64,000 nt of DNA from Clostridium sp. (GTDB lineage Bacteria; Bacillota; Clostridia; TANB77; CAG-508), in contig JAHAKD010000007.1 in assembly GCA_018371855.1 (NCBI GenBank), positions 27,820-91,819 of the forward strand, read 5' to 3'. A program made the position numbers and the translations under genes. Positions 9,521-19,428 of the stretch are shown piece by piece (within the stretch, counting starts at the first letter, position 1; every line of letters begins with the position of its first letter). Below the pieces are notes generated by a model. The model did not search any database, had not been told where the DNA came from, and saw only the letters and a list, made by a program, of their open reading frames with translations.

Positions 9521-10207
9521 ATGTTATCAAATTTTTTTAGAGCAATAATCATATACATATTTGTTTTGTTAGTTATGAGATTAATGGGAAAACGAGAAAT
9601 AGGACAACTACAGCCTTTCGAACTTGCTATTTCTATTATGATTGCAGATTTAGCATCTATTCCTATGTCAGATGTTGGAATACCAATAGTAAATGGATTA
9701 ATTCCTATTTTAGGTTTACTTGTTATGCATTTATTAATTTCTGTTCTTAATATAAAAAGTTTAAAGTTTAGAGAGATAATTTGTGGTAAACCATCTATCT
9801 TAATTTATAGAGGAAGAATTGACGAAAAAATATTAAAAAAAGAAAGATTTACAATAAATGAATTAGAAGAAAGACTACGCTCAAATAATATTTTTAATAT
9901 TGGAGATGTAGAGTATGCAATATTAGAGACTAGTGGACAAATAACAGTTATTCCAAAACCAGAAAAAAGAAATGTAGTAGTAAAAGATTTTAACTTAGAA
10001 CCTGAATATGAAGGGATTTCTTATGATTTAGTTATAGATGGTGTAATTATGAAAGAAAATTTAAGAAAATTAGGAAAAGATGAAAAATGGTTAGAAAAAC
10101 AAGTTGCTAAATTTAAAATAAAACCTAAAGATGCTTTGGTAGTAACAATAGATGGAGAAGGGCAATTTTTCTGCCAAGCAAAAGAAAGGAAAAACAAAAA
10201 TGTATAA
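9521..10207 (+). CDS. DUF421 (YetF-like) membrane protein
   Basis: The N-terminus (…LLVMRLMGKREIGQLQPFELAISIMIADLAS) matches the DUF421 signature. Confidence 0.7.
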   Translation: MLSNFFRAIIIYIFVLLVMRLMGKREIGQLQPFELAISIMIADLASIPMSDVGIPIVNGLIPILGLLVMHLLISVLNIKSLKFREIICGKPSILIYRGRIDEKILKKERFTINELEERLRSNNIFNIGDVEYAILETSGQITVIPKPEKRNVVVKDFNLEPEYEGISYDLVIDGVIMKENLRKLGKDEKWLEKQVAKFKIKPKDALVVTIDGEGQFFCQAKERKNKNV

Positions 10208-10589
10208 AGAAATTATTGTGTGCATTTTAGTAGTTATTTTAATACTTAGTATGGATTTACTAAGTAATAATTATACTAAAAAAGTTTTTTTTAGTATAAA
10301 TGATAGTTTAGGAAATTTAAGAAACGAAATGCTTAAAGAAAATAAAAATGACAATAAAATAAATGATGATATAAAAAAAGTTGAACAAGAATGGAATGCA
10401 AATTTAAATTTGTTATCTTGTTATATAGAACATAACGAACTAGAAAAAGTAGCAAGACAATTAATATTAATTAAAGGAAATATAGACGTAGGAGATTATA
10501 ATCAAGCTGTACCACAACTTGATGACTGTGTGTATGTTATAAATCATATAAAAGACAAAGAAAGTTTATTAATAAGGAATTTGTTTTAA
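10200..10589 (+). CDS. DUF4363-like small membrane protein
   Basis: MYKEIIVCILVVILILSMDLLSNNYTKK…. It overlaps the DUF421 stop by 8 nt, and DUF421–DUF4363 is a conserved gene pair in Clostridia. Confidence 0.55.
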   Translation: MYKEIIVCILVVILILSMDLLSNNYTKKVFFSINDSLGNLRNEMLKENKNDNKINDDIKKVEQEWNANLNLLSCYIEHNELEKVARQLILIKGNIDVGDYNQAVPQLDDCVYVINHIKDKESLLIRNLF

Positions 10590-10652
10590 AAGCTTGCGGT
10601 AGGATTAAACATTAATCTTAGTTAATTTAAAACCATATAAAATTCAAATAAA

Positions 10653-10698
10653 AAGATAGAAAATTAAGATAAAAGCTTAAATTTTCTATCTTTTTTAC
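10653..10698 (+). terminator. Rho-independent terminator
   Basis: AAAAAGATAGAAAATT…AATTTTCTATCTTTTTT. Confidence 0.6.
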
Positions 10699-10766
10699 TG
10701 TAAAGCTCTTGACATTTACAGTAAATTGGTGTAAAGTATAATAGCATTACAAAAAGAGAAGGTGTA

Positions 10767-11102
10767 ATGATGGAAAAAAACATAGAAATAAGCATATTAT
10801 CTCAGATTTATAAAAATACTTTAACAGAAAAACAATTCGAGATACTAGATGAATACTATAATAATGATTTTTCTTTATCAGAAATTGCAGAAAACTATAA
10901 TATTACAAGGCAAGCAGTAAGAGATAATATAAAAAGTGGAGAAACAAAATTATATGATTTAGAAAATAAATTAGGTCTTATGAAGAAAATGCAAAAACAA
11001 GAAGAATTAGTAAATAGTATTATTTCTAAATTGAATAGTTTAAATATACAAGATAAGAAAACATTAGAATCAATAAAAAAAGATTTAAAGAAATTAATTT
11101 AA
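10767..11102 (+). CDS. ylxM: UPF0122 / YlxM putative DNA-binding protein of the ffh operon
   Basis: …KQFEILDEYYNNDFSLSEIAENYNITRQAVRDNIKSGE. Its position immediately upstream of ffh is typical for ylxM. A consensus TTGACA–TATAAT promoter lies upstream at about 10708-10740. Confidence 0.85.
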   Translation: MMEKNIEISILSQIYKNTLTEKQFEILDEYYNNDFSLSEIAENYNITRQAVRDNIKSGETKLYDLENKLGLMKKMQKQEELVNSIISKLNSLNIQDKKTLESIKKDLKKLI

Positions 11103-11117
11103 AGTAAGGAGAAAATA

Positions 11118-12467
11118 ATGGCTTTCGAAGGATTATCTTCTAAATTACAAAGTATAACAAATAAATTTAAAGGAAAAGTAAGGGTTACAGAGGCTGACTT
11201 AAAAGATATGTTAAGAGAAGTAAAACTTGCATTGCTTGAGGCAGATGTTAACTATAAAATAGTAAAAGAATTTATAGCTGTAATCCAAGAAAAAGCGTTA
11301 GGTCAAGATGTTTTAAAATCTTTAACACCTGGCCAACAAGTAATAAAAATAGTTAAAGATGAATTAGTAGAATTATTAGGAGGAACAGAGAGTAAAATTA
11401 CATTTTTGCCAAATGCTCCAACAGTAATAATGTTAATAGGTTTGCAAGGTTCAGGTAAAACAACAACAGCAGGTAAGCTTGCAAATGTGTTAAGAAAACA
11501 AGGTAAAAAACCATTATTAGTTGCATGTGATGTTTACAGGCCAGCAGCTATAAAACAACTTCAAGTTGTTGGTAAACAATTAAACATTCCAGTATTTAGT
11601 GATGAAAATTCTAAAAATGTAGTAAATATAGCTAAAAGATCAATAGATGAAGCAATAAAAAAACTAAATGATGTAATAATACTAGATACTGCAGGTAGAC
11701 TTCAAATAGATGAAGACTTAATGCAAGAATTACAAAATATAAAACAAAATGTAAGACCACAAGAAATCTTATTAGTAGTAGATAGTATGACAGGTCAAGA
11801 TGCTGTAAATGTGGCAACGACATTTAACGAAAAAGTAGGAATAGATGGAATAATCTTAACTAAGTTAGATGGTGATACACGTGGTGGTGCAGCATTATCA
11901 GTAAAAAAAGTAACAGGAAAACCAATAAAATATATAGCAACAGGAGAAAAATTAAGTGACATAGAACCATTCCATCCAGACAGAATGGCATCAAGAATTT
12001 TAGGAATGGGAGATGTACTTTCTATAATAGAAAAAGCTGAAGAATCATTCGATGAAGAAGAAGCTAAGAAAATGGAAGAACAATTAAGAAAACAAAGCTT
12101 CGATTTAAATGATTATTTAGCACAATTAAGACAAGTAAAGAAAATGGGTTCTTTCTCATCTTTATTAAAAATGCTTCCAGGAATGAATCAACTTAAAAAT
12201 ATTAAAGTAGATGATAAAGAATTTGATAGAATAGAAGCTATTATTTGTTCAATGACAAATGGGGAAAGAAGAAATCCAAAATTGTTAAATGCGAGTAGAA
12301 GAAAAAGAATTGCAAATGGTAGCGGAACATCAGTACAAGAAATTAACAGATTCATGACTTCATTCGAAACAACACAAAAAATGATGAAAAAAATTAAGTC
12401 AGGTAAAGGAATGAGGAACATGATGAAAAACTTAAATATGAATGACTTAAAAGATTTTAAAATGTAG
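11118..12467 (+). CDS. ffh: Signal recognition particle protein Ffh
   Basis: MAFEGLSSKL…GLQGSGKTTT… SRP54 GTPase plus M domain. Confidence 0.95.
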   Translation: MAFEGLSSKLQSITNKFKGKVRVTEADLKDMLREVKLALLEADVNYKIVKEFIAVIQEKALGQDVLKSLTPGQQVIKIVKDELVELLGGTESKITFLPNAPTVIMLIGLQGSGKTTTAGKLANVLRKQGKKPLLVACDVYRPAAIKQLQVVGKQLNIPVFSDENSKNVVNIAKRSIDEAIKKLNDVIILDTAGRLQIDEDLMQELQNIKQNVRPQEILLVVDSMTGQDAVNVATTFNEKVGIDGIILTKLDGDTRGGAALSVKKVTGKPIKYIATGEKLSDIEPFHPDRMASRILGMGDVLSIIEKAEESFDEEEAKKMEEQLRKQSFDLNDYLAQLRQVKKMGSFSSLLKMLPGMNQLKNIKVDDKEFDRIEAIICSMTNGERRNPKLLNASRRKRIANGSGTSVQEINRFMTSFETTQKMMKKIKSGKGMRNMMKNLNMNDLKDFKM

Positions 12468-12520
12468 ATTATTAATAACAATTAATAATAGATTACTTAG
12501 ATTTTTAGGAGGTGAAATAA

Positions 12521-12760
12521 ATGGTAAAAATAAGACTACAAAGAGAAGGAAAGAAAAAAGCACCTTTTTATCATATAGTAGTAGCAGACTCTAGAAGTCC
12601 AAGAGATGGAAAAGTTATAGCTAAAGTAGGAACATATGACCCAATGACAAAACCATCAACAATAGTTTTAGATAAAGAAGCTGTTGCAACATGGATCAAA
12701 AATGGAGCAAAACCTACAGATACAGTTAAAAAATTAATAGACTTAGCAAACAAGGATTAA
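12521..12760 (+). CDS. rpsP: 30S ribosomal protein S16
   Basis: [31 protein letters not shown]. Confidence 0.95.
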   Translation: MVKIRLQREGKKKAPFYHIVVADSRSPRDGKVIAKVGTYDPMTKPSTIVLDKEAVATWIKNGAKPTDTVKKLIDLANKD

Positions 12761-12778
12761 TGACAGGAGGACAAACAA

Positions 12779-13009
12779 ATGAAAGAAGTTTTAGAAGTAA
12801 TGATAAAAAATTTAGTAGATAATGCAGATGCAGTATCTATAAAAGAATTAAATGGTGAAAAATCAGTTGTATACGAAGTAAAAGTTGCTGAAGATGATAT
12901 GGGTAAAGTTATAGGAAAACAAGGTAGAGTAGCAAGAGCAGTAAGAGCTATAATGAAATCTGTAGCATCAAAAGAAAACAAAAAAGTTACAATTGAATTC
13001 ATTAACTAA
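12779..13009 (+). CDS. KH-domain RNA-binding protein (YlqC-like)
   Basis: A 76-aa protein with GKVIGKQGRVARAVRAI, in the conserved position between rpsP and rimM. Confidence 0.85.
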   Translation: MKEVLEVMIKNLVDNADAVSIKELNGEKSVVYEVKVAEDDMGKVIGKQGRVARAVRAIMKSVASKENKKVTIEFIN

Positions 13010-13020
13010 AAGGGGTTAAT

Positions 13021-13524
13021 ATGGAATATATAGAGATTGGACAAATTGTTAATACAAATGGTTTAAAAGGTGTTGTAAAAGTAAACCCTTTTACAGACGA
13101 TATTAGCAAATTTGAAGATTTAAAGTATGTATATATACAATTAAAAAATGAACTTAAAAAAGTTAAAATAGAACAAGTAAGATATAATAAAAATCAAGTC
13201 TTACTAAAGCTTGGAGGAATAGATTCTATAGAAGAAGCAGAAAAATATAGGAATTTTTATTTGAAAACAGAAAAAGAAAGTCAAGAAGACTTAGGAGAAG
13301 ACACATATTATATTGTAGATTTAATAGGTCTTGATGTTTATTCAGATAAAAATGAATATTTAGGCAAAATAGAAGATGTATTTCCAACTGGTAGTAATGA
13401 TGTATATGTAGTAAAAGACAATCTCGGAAAACAAATATTAATTCCTGCTATAACAGATGTTGTAAAAAAAGTTGATTTAAAAAATAAGAAAATGACAATT
13501 AATCTTATTCCAGGTTTAATATAG
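13021..13524 (+). CDS. rimM: Ribosome maturation factor RimM
   Basis: MEYIEIGQIVNTNGLKGVVKV…. Conserved gene order. Confidence 0.9.
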   Translation: MEYIEIGQIVNTNGLKGVVKVNPFTDDISKFEDLKYVYIQLKNELKKVKIEQVRYNKNQVLLKLGGIDSIEEAEKYRNFYLKTEKESQEDLGEDTYYIVDLIGLDVYSDKNEYLGKIEDVFPTGSNDVYVVKDNLGKQILIPAITDVVKKVDLKNKKMTINLIPGLI

Positions 13525-13532
13525 GAGGAAGA

Positions 13533-14267
13533 ATGAAATTTAATGTTTTAACTCTTTTTCCAGAAATGTTTTCAGCATTAGATGAAAGCATTATAGGAAG
13601 GGGAAAAGAAAAAGGACTAATAGATATTAATTTAATAAATATTAGAGATTTTTCTAAAAATAAGCATAAAAAAGTAGATGATACTCCTTATGGTGGTGGT
13701 GCTGGAATGGTTATGGAACCAACAGTTGTATATGATGCATATTGTTCTGTTAAAGAACCAAATGCTAAAGTTATATATATGTCACCACAAGGAAAAACTT
13801 TAAATCAACAAATGGTACAAGATTTAGCTAAAGAAGAAAATATCATATTACTTTGTGGACATTATGAAGGTATTGACCAGAGAGTAATTGATGAAATCGT
13901 AGATGAGGAAATTTCGATAGGTGATTATGTATTAACTGGTGGGGAACTACCAGCAATGGTTTTGATAGATAGTGTTAGTAGATATGTAGAAGGGGTTTTA
14001 AAAGAGGACTCTATACAAGAAGAATCTTTTACAAATGGCTTGTTAGAATATCCACAGTATACTAGACCAGAAATATTTTTAGGTAAAAGAGTTCCAGAAG
14101 TATTGCTTTCTGGGCATCACGAAAATATTAAAGAATGGCGAAGAAATCAGTCAATAATAAATACATATTTAAAAAGACCAGATTTATTAAAAGAAATTGA
14201 ATTATCCGATAAAGAACAAAAAATGTTAAGTAAATATAAAAATTTAAAAGAAGGAGGAAGTAAATAA
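13533..14267 (+). CDS. trmD: tRNA (guanine37-N1)-methyltransferase
   Basis: [13 protein letters not shown]…. Conserved gene order. Confidence 0.93.
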   Translation: MKFNVLTLFPEMFSALDESIIGRGKEKGLIDINLINIRDFSKNKHKKVDDTPYGGGAGMVMEPTVVYDAYCSVKEPNAKVIYMSPQGKTLNQQMVQDLAKEENIILLCGHYEGIDQRVIDEIVDEEISIGDYVLTGGELPAMVLIDSVSRYVEGVLKEDSIQEESFTNGLLEYPQYTRPEIFLGKRVPEVLLSGHHENIKEWRRNQSIINTYLKRPDLLKEIELSDKEQKMLSKYKNLKEGGSK

Positions 14268-14773
14268 TGGATATCATAAAATCAATAGAGCATGAGCATC
14301 TAAAAGAGAAGATACCAGTTCTTAAGGTTGGAAATACTGTAAGAGTTCACCAAAGAATAAAAGAAGGAAATAGAGAAAGAATCCAAGTATTTGAAGGAAT
14401 CATTATTAAAAAACAAGGTGGAGGACTAAATGCTACATTCACAGTTAGAAGAATAGCTTCTGGTGTTGGTGTAGAAAAAACATTCTTAATTCATTCACCA
14501 TTAGTAGAAAAAGTAGAATTAGTAAGAGTAGGTAAAGCAAGAAGAGCTAAATTATACTACTTAAGAGATAGAGTTGGTAAAGCTGCTAAGACTAAAGAAC
14601 AAATTGGTGCAAGAATTGAAGATAAAGAAATTACAGTAAAAACAGCTATAGAAGAAGAACCAGTAGTAGAAGAAAAGGTTGAAGCTCCAGTTGAAGAAGC
14701 AAAAACATTAGAAACAGAAGCTACACCAGTAGAAGAAGTTAAAGCTGAAGAAACAAAAAAAGATGAAGAATAA
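14267..14773 (+). CDS. rplS: 50S ribosomal protein L19 with an acidic, roughly 55-aa C-terminal extension
   Basis: The L19 core (…[21 protein letters not shown]) is followed in frame by the E/V/P-rich tail …[40 protein letters not shown]. Confidence 0.85.
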   Translation: MDIIKSIEHEHLKEKIPVLKVGNTVRVHQRIKEGNRERIQVFEGIIIKKQGGGLNATFTVRRIASGVGVEKTFLIHSPLVEKVELVRVGKARRAKLYYLRDRVGKAAKTKEQIGARIEDKEITVKTAIEEEPVVEEKVEAPVEEAKTLETEATPVEEVKAEETKKDEE

Positions 14774-14838
14774 TTTTAAGAAATAATCTGTTATATATTG
14801 ACAGATTATTTTTTTTGATTTATCATATGAACAAGTAA

Positions 14839-14862
14839 TCATATGAATAAATATTCATATGA
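14839..14862. promoter_or_regulatory. Perfect 10-4-10 palindromic operator (TCATATGAAT-AAAT-ATTCATATGA) upstream of the ArsR-family repressor gene, plus an extra half-site at 14823-14831
   Basis: The inverted repeat is read directly from the sequence and lies 18 bp upstream of the arsR-like start codon. Confidence 0.6.
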
Positions 14863-14879
14863 TATAAAAGGAGGTAAAA

Positions 14880-15263
14880 ATGGAAGAAGAAGAAAAATTA
14901 GTGTGTGCAGAAAAATGTCCACATTTAAATAAAATAAATAATGTTAAATCATTAGAAGCGAAGGCAGACCAATATCAAAAATTATCTAATATGTTTAAAC
15001 TATTTTCAGATGAAACTAGATTAAAAATAATTTGTAGCTTATTAAAAGAAGAACTATGTGTGTGTGATTTATGCGAATTATTAGGATTAAATCAATCACA
15101 AGTTTCTCATCAGTTACAACTTTTAAGAAATAGTAAATTAGTAAAATTTAGAAGAGAAGGAAAACAAATCTTTTACAGCTTAGATGATGAGCACGTAGAA
15201 CTTATTATACAAATGGCATTAGATCATATTTTAGAGGAGGAAGAAAAGTATGACATGTTGTAG
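14880..15263 (+). CDS. ArsR/SmtB-family metal-sensing transcriptional repressor (CadC-like)
   Basis: …LKEELCVCDLCELLGLNQSQVSHQLQLLRNSKLV: a wHTH with a CVC metal site, and an N-terminal Cys pair. Confidence 0.8.
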   Translation: MEEEEKLVCAEKCPHLNKINNVKSLEAKADQYQKLSNMFKLFSDETRLKIICSLLKEELCVCDLCELLGLNQSQVSHQLQLLRNSKLVKFRREGKQIFYSLDDEHVELIIQMALDHILEEEEKYDML

Positions 15264-17124
15264 TCATAGTCATGAAGAATGTGAAGTAAAAGAAAAAAAT
15301 AAAAGCAAAATAGTTTTGTATATACTTTCATTAGTTTTATTTGGAATTGGATTTATTCCGGCTTTAGCAGAATATAAAATTTGGATATATTTAGTATCAG
15401 TATTACTTGCAGGATATGATTTATTAATAGAAGGAATAAAAAACTTATTTAAGTTTAATTTCGAAGAAACTACATTAATGACAATAGCAATAATTGGAGC
15501 ATTTATAAAAGGTGACTATCCAGAGAGCTGTTTAGTTGTGTTATTGTTTAAATTAGGAGAATTTCTAGAAGAACTTGCAGAAGAAAAATCTAATAAAAAT
15601 ATAGAAGACATTACTAAAATTAAAGCCAATAATGCTAATTTAGTTGATGGAGATAATGTAAATGCTGTTAAAGTAGAGGATGTAAAAATAGGTGACATAT
15701 TACTTGTAAAACCTGGTGAAAAGATTCCTGTTGATGGAATAGTTACATCTGGTAAATCTCAAATAGATACATCACCAATTACAGGCGAGAGCAAACCTGT
15801 TAAAGTGGAAAAAAATAATGAAGTTATTTCTGGAAGTATAAATTTAAATAGTGCAATTTATATTAAAGCGGAAAAAGAATATAAAGATTCTATGGCTTCA
15901 CAAATAATTGATTTAGTATATGAAGCAACAAATAATAAAGGAAAGACAGAAAAATTTATTACTAAATTTTCTAAAATATATACACCTGTTGTAATAGTAA
16001 TTGCAATTTTGCTAGTAATAATTCCATTAATATTTGGTGCAGATATGGATAAGTGGATAGATATAGCATTGTTCTTCTTAGTGGCATCTTGTCCATGTAG
16101 TTTAGTAATTTCTATACCATTATCATTCTTCTCTTGTATAGGCGCGATTTCTAAAAAAGGAATGATTATAAAAGGAACAAAACATATAGAGAATTTATCA
16201 AAAACAGATATAATTGCATTTGACAAAACAGGAACATTAACTACAGGAAAAATGGTTATAGATAAATTAGAAGCAACAAAAATTTCAGAAAATGAAATGT
16301 TAGAATATATTTATAGTATAGAAAATTTATCTAATCACCCTATTGCAACAGCAGTAGCAAACTATAAAAAAGACATAGAGAAATTAGAAGTAAAAGATTA
16401 TATAGAATATTCTGGACATGGTTTATATGGAATTATAAACGGAAAAGAAATTTTATTTGGAAATAAGAAATTAATGGAAAAATACAATGTAGATACAGCA
16501 GAATATGTTGATAATACTATTACACTTGCAGTAGATAAACAAATTGTAGGATATATAACATTAAAAGAAGAGTTAAGAGAAAATGTAGAAAATATATTAG
16601 ATAATTTAAAGGAAGCAGGAGTAAAAGATGCTGCAATATTAACAGGTGATAATAAAAAGGCTGCTAAGAATATTGCAGATAAATTAAAAATATCAAAAGT
16701 ATATGCAGAATTATTACCACAAGAAAAATTAAACAAAGTAAAAGAACTACAAGCTGATAATAATAAAGTGACATTTTTAGGTGATGGAATTAATGATAGT
16801 CCAGTAATTGCAACAGCAGATTTTGGAATGAGTATGGGAACAGGCTCAGAAATTGCAAATAACACAGCTGATGGAATTTTAATATCTAACGAAATTTCAA
16901 CCTTACCAACAATAATAAGAATTGCTAAAAAAACAATGAGAATAGTTAAATTTAATATAGCTTTTTCATTACTTGCAAAACTTGTTGTGTTAATTGTAGG
17001 CTTATTTGGAACAGCACCAATATGGCTTGCAGTATTAGCTGATACAGGTGTTACTTTACTTACAGTATTAAATGCATTAAGAATATTAAGAACTTTAGGG
17101 ACGGGGGTTAAGACTCATAAGTAA
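15250..17124 (+). CDS. Heavy-metal (Cd/Zn-type) P1B-type ATPase lacking an N-terminal HMA domain
   Basis: CPC transmembrane motif (VASCPCSLV), DKTGTLT phosphorylation site, GDGINDSP hinge, and an N-terminal MTCCSHSHEECEVKE Cys/His cluster. Confidence 0.85.
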   Translation: MTCCSHSHEECEVKEKNKSKIVLYILSLVLFGIGFIPALAEYKIWIYLVSVLLAGYDLLIEGIKNLFKFNFEETTLMTIAIIGAFIKGDYPESCLVVLLFKLGEFLEELAEEKSNKNIEDITKIKANNANLVDGDNVNAVKVEDVKIGDILLVKPGEKIPVDGIVTSGKSQIDTSPITGESKPVKVEKNNEVISGSINLNSAIYIKAEKEYKDSMASQIIDLVYEATNNKGKTEKFITKFSKIYTPVVIVIAILLVIIPLIFGADMDKWIDIALFFLVASCPCSLVISIPLSFFSCIGAISKKGMIIKGTKHIENLSKTDIIAFDKTGTLTTGKMVIDKLEATKISENEMLEYIYSIENLSNHPIATAVANYKKDIEKLEVKDYIEYSGHGLYGIINGKEILFGNKKLMEKYNVDTAEYVDNTITLAVDKQIVGYITLKEELRENVENILDNLKEAGVKDAAILTGDNKKAAKNIADKLKISKVYAELLPQEKLNKVKELQADNNKVTFLGDGINDSPVIATADFGMSMGTGSEIANNTADGILISNEISTLPTIIRIAKKTMRIVKFNIAFSLLAKLVVLIVGLFGTAPIWLAVLADTGVTLLTVLNALRILRTLGTGVKTHK

Positions 17125-17162
17125 ACATAATCAGAGTAAGTTTTTTTAAAAAATCGATTAAA

Positions 17163-17200
17163 AACTGGAATCAAAATTAAAACATTGATTCCAGTTTTTG
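17163..17200 (+). terminator. Rho-independent terminator
   Basis: AAAACTGGAATCAAaattaaaacaTTGATTCCAGTTTTTG. Confidence 0.7.
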
Positions 17201-17259
17201 TTGAAAAAAATGGATTTTGCTGATATAATAGCGATTAAATGTAAGAGAGAGGAAGAAAA

Positions 17260-18564
17260 ATGAAGGTAGCGTTTTATACATTAGGTTGTAAAGTAAATCA
17301 ATATGAAACAAATGGAATGATTCAAGCCTTTTTAGAAAAGGAATATGAATTAGTTGATTTTTCAGAAAAAGCAGATATTTATATAATAAATACTTGTACT
17401 GTAACTAGTATTTCTGATAAAAAGTCAAGACAAATGATAAGAAGGACAAAGCAATTAAATCCAGATGCAATTGTGGTAGCAGTAGGCTGTTATGCACAAG
17501 TTGCAAAAGATAAATTAGAAGAAATAAAAGATATCGATTTAATATTAGGAATAAGTGAGAAAACAGAAATAGTTAAGTATGTAGAAGAGGCATTAGCTAA
17601 TAAACAGCCACAAGAACATATATCAGATGTAATGCATCAAAAAGAATTTGTTGATTTTGGAAGTGTAAATTATACAGACAAAAATAGAGTAGCAATAAAA
17701 GTGCAAGATGGATGTAATCAATTCTGTACATATTGCATAATTCCATATGCGAGGGGACGTATACGTAGTAGAAAAATAGAAAATGTAAAAGAAGAGGTTG
17801 TAGAATTAGCTAAAAAAGGAATTAAGGAAATTGTAGTTACGGGAATTCATGTTGCATCATATGGAAAAGATTTAAAAGAAGATATTGGATTAATAGATTT
17901 ATTAGAAGAAATAAATAAGATAGATGGAATAGAAAGAATTCGTTTAAGCTCATTAGAACCAACATTAATTACAGAAGACTTTGTTAATAGATTAAGCAAA
18001 TTAAATAAGATTTGTGACCATTTTCATTTATCATTACAAAGTGGCTGTGATGGGACTTTAAAAAGAATGAATAGACATTATACGACTTCGGAATTTAAAA
18101 AAGCAACTGAATTATTGAGAAAAGCATATCCAAATGTTGCTTTAACTACAGATATAATTGTTGGATTCCCTGGGGAAACTGATGAAGAATTTAATACTAC
18201 TTATGAGTTCTTAAAAAATATTGATTTTTATAAAATGCATGTATTTAAATATTCACCAAGGCATGGAACAAAAGCTGAAAAAATGCCTAATCAAGTGGAT
18301 GGAAATATAAAAGAAGAGAGAAGTAGAAAATTAATAGAATTATCTGCTAAAAATGAAAAAGAGCAAAATAAAAAATATATAAATACTTATTTAAAAGTGC
18401 TAATAGAAGAACTTGAAGATGGTTATTATAAAGGACATACTACAAACTATATAATGGTAAAAATTAAAGAAAATGCAGAAAATCTGCAAAATAAGATAGT
18501 TACAGCTAAAATTATAGGCGAAGAAGGCATAGATTTAATTGGAAAATTGGAAGAAGTCTATTGA
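17260..18564 (+). CDS. mtaB: tRNA t6A37 methylthiotransferase, MtaB-type (radical SAM, MiaB-like)
   Basis: MKVAFYTLGCKVNQYETNG…; CxxxCxxC radical-SAM site (CNQFCTYC); TRAM-like C-terminus. Confidence 0.8.
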   Translation: MKVAFYTLGCKVNQYETNGMIQAFLEKEYELVDFSEKADIYIINTCTVTSISDKKSRQMIRRTKQLNPDAIVVAVGCYAQVAKDKLEEIKDIDLILGISEKTEIVKYVEEALANKQPQEHISDVMHQKEFVDFGSVNYTDKNRVAIKVQDGCNQFCTYCIIPYARGRIRSRKIENVKEEVVELAKKGIKEIVVTGIHVASYGKDLKEDIGLIDLLEEINKIDGIERIRLSSLEPTLITEDFVNRLSKLNKICDHFHLSLQSGCDGTLKRMNRHYTTSEFKKATELLRKAYPNVALTTDIIVGFPGETDEEFNTTYEFLKNIDFYKMHVFKYSPRHGTKAEKMPNQVDGNIKEERSRKLIELSAKNEKEQNKKYINTYLKVLIEELEDGYYKGHTTNYIMVKIKENAENLQNKIVTAKIIGEEGIDLIGKLEEVY

Positions 18565-18721
18565 TAAAAAAGAAGAATTATAGTAAACTAAAAAAGAAGT
18601 TATACCAAGGAGAAAGCAATGGAAGAAAAAGATCCAAATAAATTTTATTTAGTTGTTAAAGTAAGTAGATGGACTAAAATTAGAAATTTCTTTATTTTAA
18701 AATTTAAAAGAAATAGGAGAT

Positions 18722-19294
18722 ATGTTAATGAATAAGACAAAAAGAAAAATATTTGAGACAGCTATGCAATTATTTGCAGATAAAGGGTATGAAGCTACAA
18801 GTATAGAGGAAATTACTGCTACAGTAGGTGTAGCAAAAGGTACTTTGTATTATCATTTTTCTAGTAAAGAAGAAATATTTAACTTTTTAGTAGAAGAGGG
18901 TATGAAACTCTTAAAAAATAGTATCCAAATAAAAACAGATAAAGTATCAAGCTATATAGATAAAATAAGAGCTATTATTTTAATTCAAATTAAAGTAATA
19001 GTAAAGTATGAGAGTTTAATTACAATAATTCTTAGCCAAATGTGGGGAAAAGAAGAAAGAAATAAAAGAAGTAGACAATACGTATTTGAATATTTAAATA
19101 TAGTAGAAAAAATTGTTAGGGAAGGAATAGAAAAAGGAGAAATTATAGATAGAAATCCAGAAGTTATTGCTTCCGAAATATTTAGTCTTACAAGTTCGTG
19201 CTTAATATATAAACTAAAAACAGAAAAGAATTTAGATATTCAATCAATGTATAAGGAAATAGAAAATATAGCTATATCAGGTATAATGAAGTGA
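18722..19294 (+). CDS. TetR-family transcriptional regulator
   Basis: IFETAMQLFADKGYEATSIEEITATVGVAKGTLYYHFSSKEEIF. Confidence 0.85.
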   Translation: MLMNKTKRKIFETAMQLFADKGYEATSIEEITATVGVAKGTLYYHFSSKEEIFNFLVEEGMKLLKNSIQIKTDKVSSYIDKIRAIILIQIKVIVKYESLITIILSQMWGKEERNKRSRQYVFEYLNIVEKIVREGIEKGEIIDRNPEVIASEIFSLTSSCLIYKLKTEKNLDIQSMYKEIENIAISGIMK

Positions 19295-19428
19295 TATTAC
19301 AAAAATATTACAAATGCATTACAAAAATGAAATAAATAATTAAAGGTAATATTATTGTAGAATTATGAAGAAAGATGTATAATAAATTTAGTTTTTGGAA
19401 TTTACGTATGATGAAGGAGGGAATTTAC

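Noticed and set aside
18619-18735. 38-aa ORF (MEEKDPNKFYLVVKVSRWTKIRNFFILKFKRNRRYVNE) with a good RBS, overlapping the tetR start
   Set aside because: It could be a leader peptide, but it has no conservation signal and its composition is typical of chance ORFs in AT-rich DNA. I kept it out of the features list.
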